Assembly: GCA_040758355.1 (NCBI GenBank) | Contig: JBFLWF010000008.1 | Location: 34,494 to 98,493, forward strand | DNA from: Nitrospirota bacterium | GTDB taxonomy: Bacteria > Nitrospirota > Thermodesulfovibrionia > Thermodesulfovibrionales > Dissulfurispiraceae | Direction: 5' to 3' | DNA length: 64,000 bases | Part shown: one piece after another, positions 62,034 to 64,000 of the stretch | Layout of the letters: each line of letters starts with the position of its first letter | Numbering within the stretch: the first letter of the stretch is position 1 | Made by a program: the position numbers and the translations under genes | Notes under the pieces: model-generated | The model's database searches: none | Told to the model about the DNA's origin: nothing | Seen by the model: only the letters and a program-made list of their open reading frames with translations

Positions 62034-62199
62034 CTTCAATCCTCCTTTTTTAAACAATTTTAAGTATTAAGACTGCTTGAAATGACTTGTGAATCCTTTG
62101 CCGGTTGTTACATCACCTCCTCTTTTGTTGTTGGATTGATTTGCAAGCCTGTGATTTGAATTTTGCCGAACTCATGTTTAAATACTATACAAAAAGAAC

Positions 62200-62239
62200 G
62201 GTTAATTCTATATTAAGGGAATGTTAAATTTATGTTACA
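62200..62239 (-). promoter_or_regulatory. Pho-box-like direct repeats upstream of pstS
   Basis: GGTTAA/TATTAA/TGTTAA/TGTTAC at 62200, 62211, 62222, 62233. Confidence 0.7.
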
Positions 62240-62329
62240 TCTCATAGACTGATGAAGGCATGTGGACGGCTGTCGGATGATTGGGTCTCCACAGGAAGCC
62301 TGCGAATGTAGATAGGCGGCCGTTAGTTG

Positions 62330-63628
62330 CTATTCTTTATTCATATAGCGTGAAACATTAATGGATGCTGAAAAGCTCTGGAGCAATCTCGCACCCTGTT
62401 CAGCCAGCCTTGACCTTACGCTGCTTTTCAGATTCAGATAGCAGAAATTCTCTTCGTTTATAAAACGGCTTATGAGATAGGAAAGCCCGTTGCTCATGGC
62501 ATCGAGGTAGGGCGTGTCTATCTGGTTTAAATCCCCTGTGAACACTATTTTTGTGCCTTCCCCGCATCTGGTAATAATGGTCTTTATATCGAGCGGCCTC
62601 AGATTTTGCGCCTCATCTATTATGAAATATCTTTTCGGAAGGCTCCTGCCCCTGATGTATGTGAGCGCCTCTATATTCAAAATACCGGAATCGATCAGAT
62701 ACTGGTAATTTTTATATTTGGATATAGCGGTATTGTCCTTGAACTGTCCTGCAGGCGTGTTGACGATAACTTCCAGATTATCGAAGATCGGCTGCATCCA
62801 TGGTGCGAGTTTGTCGTCGATATCTCCCGGTAAATAACCGAGGTCATTGCCCATGGGAACAACAGGCCTTGCCACAAGCACCTGTTCGTAAAGAGGGGAT
62901 CTTTTTGTTGTCTGGTGTATTCCTGCAGCCAGCGCAAGCACTGTCTTGCCTGTTCCTGCGGAACCTGTCAATGCCACTATTTCAATGTTGGGATTAGTTA
63001 GTGCATCTATGGCGCACTCCTGCTCTATATTCTTGGGAATGATATTTTCGAGAGATTTGCCCCTTTTTACTTTTGACTGCTTGTCTTCGCCCTGCAGCCT
63101 GTAAATGTCTTCTCCAGTTTGATTGTATCTCACAGACAAGATGCCGTTATGGTAGTCATTGTTATTAAGGACATTTCCGTATCTTTGGAATATGGCTGTT
63201 TTGTCGTTTTTATAATCTTCTGCGTACAATCCCACCGACTCTGCCTTTATTCTTACTGCGGTGTCCTTAGAAACCAGAATAACCGGTCTGTACTTGTCTT
63301 TATTTGTATTTTCCATGATATGCATGGCTGTCTTGATGATTGCATTGTCAGGGGAAAGGATGTCGCTGAAGTGAGGAATGTATTCTATGGTTACGGTTCC
63401 TCCTGTTTCCAGCGGTATTCCGGCGGCAATATTACCTTTTTCCCTGAGTCCGTCTATATTTTTTAATGCATGCCTTGCCGAGTAGGCTATCTCGCCGTGT
63501 CCTTTTTTTAATCTGTCGAGTTCCTCTATAACGATCATGGGGATGATGACATCGTTTTCTTCGAATTTAAATATACTCTCGGGATCATGGATCAAGACAT
63601 TGGTGTCAAGGACAAATGTTTTTCTCAA
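62330..63628 (-). CDS. PIN-PhoH family protein
   Basis: VLDTNVL.HDP PIN domain; GSAGTGKT, GYLPG, YIRGRS, DEAQN, TGD.NQID. Confidence 0.9.
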   Translation of the reverse strand: MRKTFVLDTNVLIHDPESIFKFEENDVIIPMIVIEELDRLKKGHGEIAYSARHALKNIDGLREKGNIAAGIPLETGGTVTIEYIPHFSDILSPDNAIIKTAMHIMENTNKDKYRPVILVSKDTAVRIKAESVGLYAEDYKNDKTAIFQRYGNVLNNNDYHNGILSVRYNQTGEDIYRLQGEDKQSKVKRGKSLENIIPKNIEQECAIDALTNPNIEIVALTGSAGTGKTVLALAAGIHQTTKRSPLYEQVLVARPVVPMGNDLGYLPGDIDDKLAPWMQPIFDNLEVIVNTPAGQFKDNTAISKYKNYQYLIDSGILNIEALTYIRGRSLPKRYFIIDEAQNLRPLDIKTIITRCGEGTKIVFTGDLNQIDTPYLDAMSNGLSYLISRFINEENFCYLNLKSSVRSRLAEQGARLLQSFSASINVSRYMNKE

Positions 63629-63873
63629 ATTGCACCTCCTGATTTTAAAAGGCAGATATTTTTAATTTTATTTGAGCGGGCTGATTCAAAGAAAAACGAT
63701 TGTTTATTAAAAAGGGATAAAATAACCTTTATCGTGGATGAAGGCTGGCTGAATCTCTGACAGTCTTTTTTAGACCATCTTTCCAAGTTCGGTACTGTTG
63801 CGCCTCCCTTATTATATCTTCTGTCTTAATTGTATCTATCTTTTTATAAATTAGCAACTATTTTATTACAGGA

Positions 63874-64000
63874 TGTAGAGAACAGATAAACTGTCCGTAT
63901 CTGTAGCACATAAACTGTCCGGTTAAAATTGGATAGCAAGGAGGCGCTATCCATGAAAAAGACAGAACTACTACAGGAGGTACGGAAGATGAGATTTGAG
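63874..64000 (+). mobile_element. Left end and transposase start of an IS (ISNCY/IS1202-IS481-like), truncated by window
   Basis: TGT terminus, two ATAAACTGTCCG repeats, AGGAGG RBS, ORF from 63953 MKKTELLQEVRKMRFE. Confidence 0.65.

Noticed and set aside
63640..63840. Riboswitch or ncRNA upstream of phoH
   Set aside because: Long leader with only weak stems and no recognisable consensus; would need an Rfam search.

Overview
Ordinary bacterial chromosomal window, most consistent with an anaerobic Nitrospirota (Thermodesulfovibrionia-like) or deltaproteobacterium-like organism; this is inferred from gene content and not from a search. Left to right it holds: the 3' end of a class II ribonucleotide reductase and a dCMP deaminase; an AT-richer defence islet (PIN/UPF0175 toxin-antitoxin pair, OLD-like ABC-ATPase/TOPRIM nuclease, N4-C methyltransferase plus MvaI/BcnI-family endonuclease); rmuC, LOG, trpEGD, tRNA-Gly and tRNA-Cys, a PilF-like TPR gene, mfd, cytochrome c maturation genes, glnE and a peptide ABC transporter; a multiheme cytochrome/HybA/NrfD/cytochrome b operon followed by a kinase with a CxxCH motif and a NarL-type regulator; ispG, mltG, groESL with CIRCE, lgt; a sigma-54-driven chemosensory cluster; the pstSCAB-phoU and phoH genes with Pho-box-like repeats; and the left end of an IS. 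The most unusual signals are at the DNA level. (1) Many different 7/8-bp tandem arrays are written in-frame into conserved enzymes or form inverted pairs at gene junctions. (2) Three families of palindromic dispersed elements occur, one with a copy carrying a 116-bp insert at its hairpin apex and another translated into protein termini. (3) Recurrent 18-24-codon 5' gene stubs occur, two of which bracket the RM cassette as direct repeats. (4) Many genes appear leaderless. No CRISPR array or rRNA was seen. All product calls come from motif recognition by eye.
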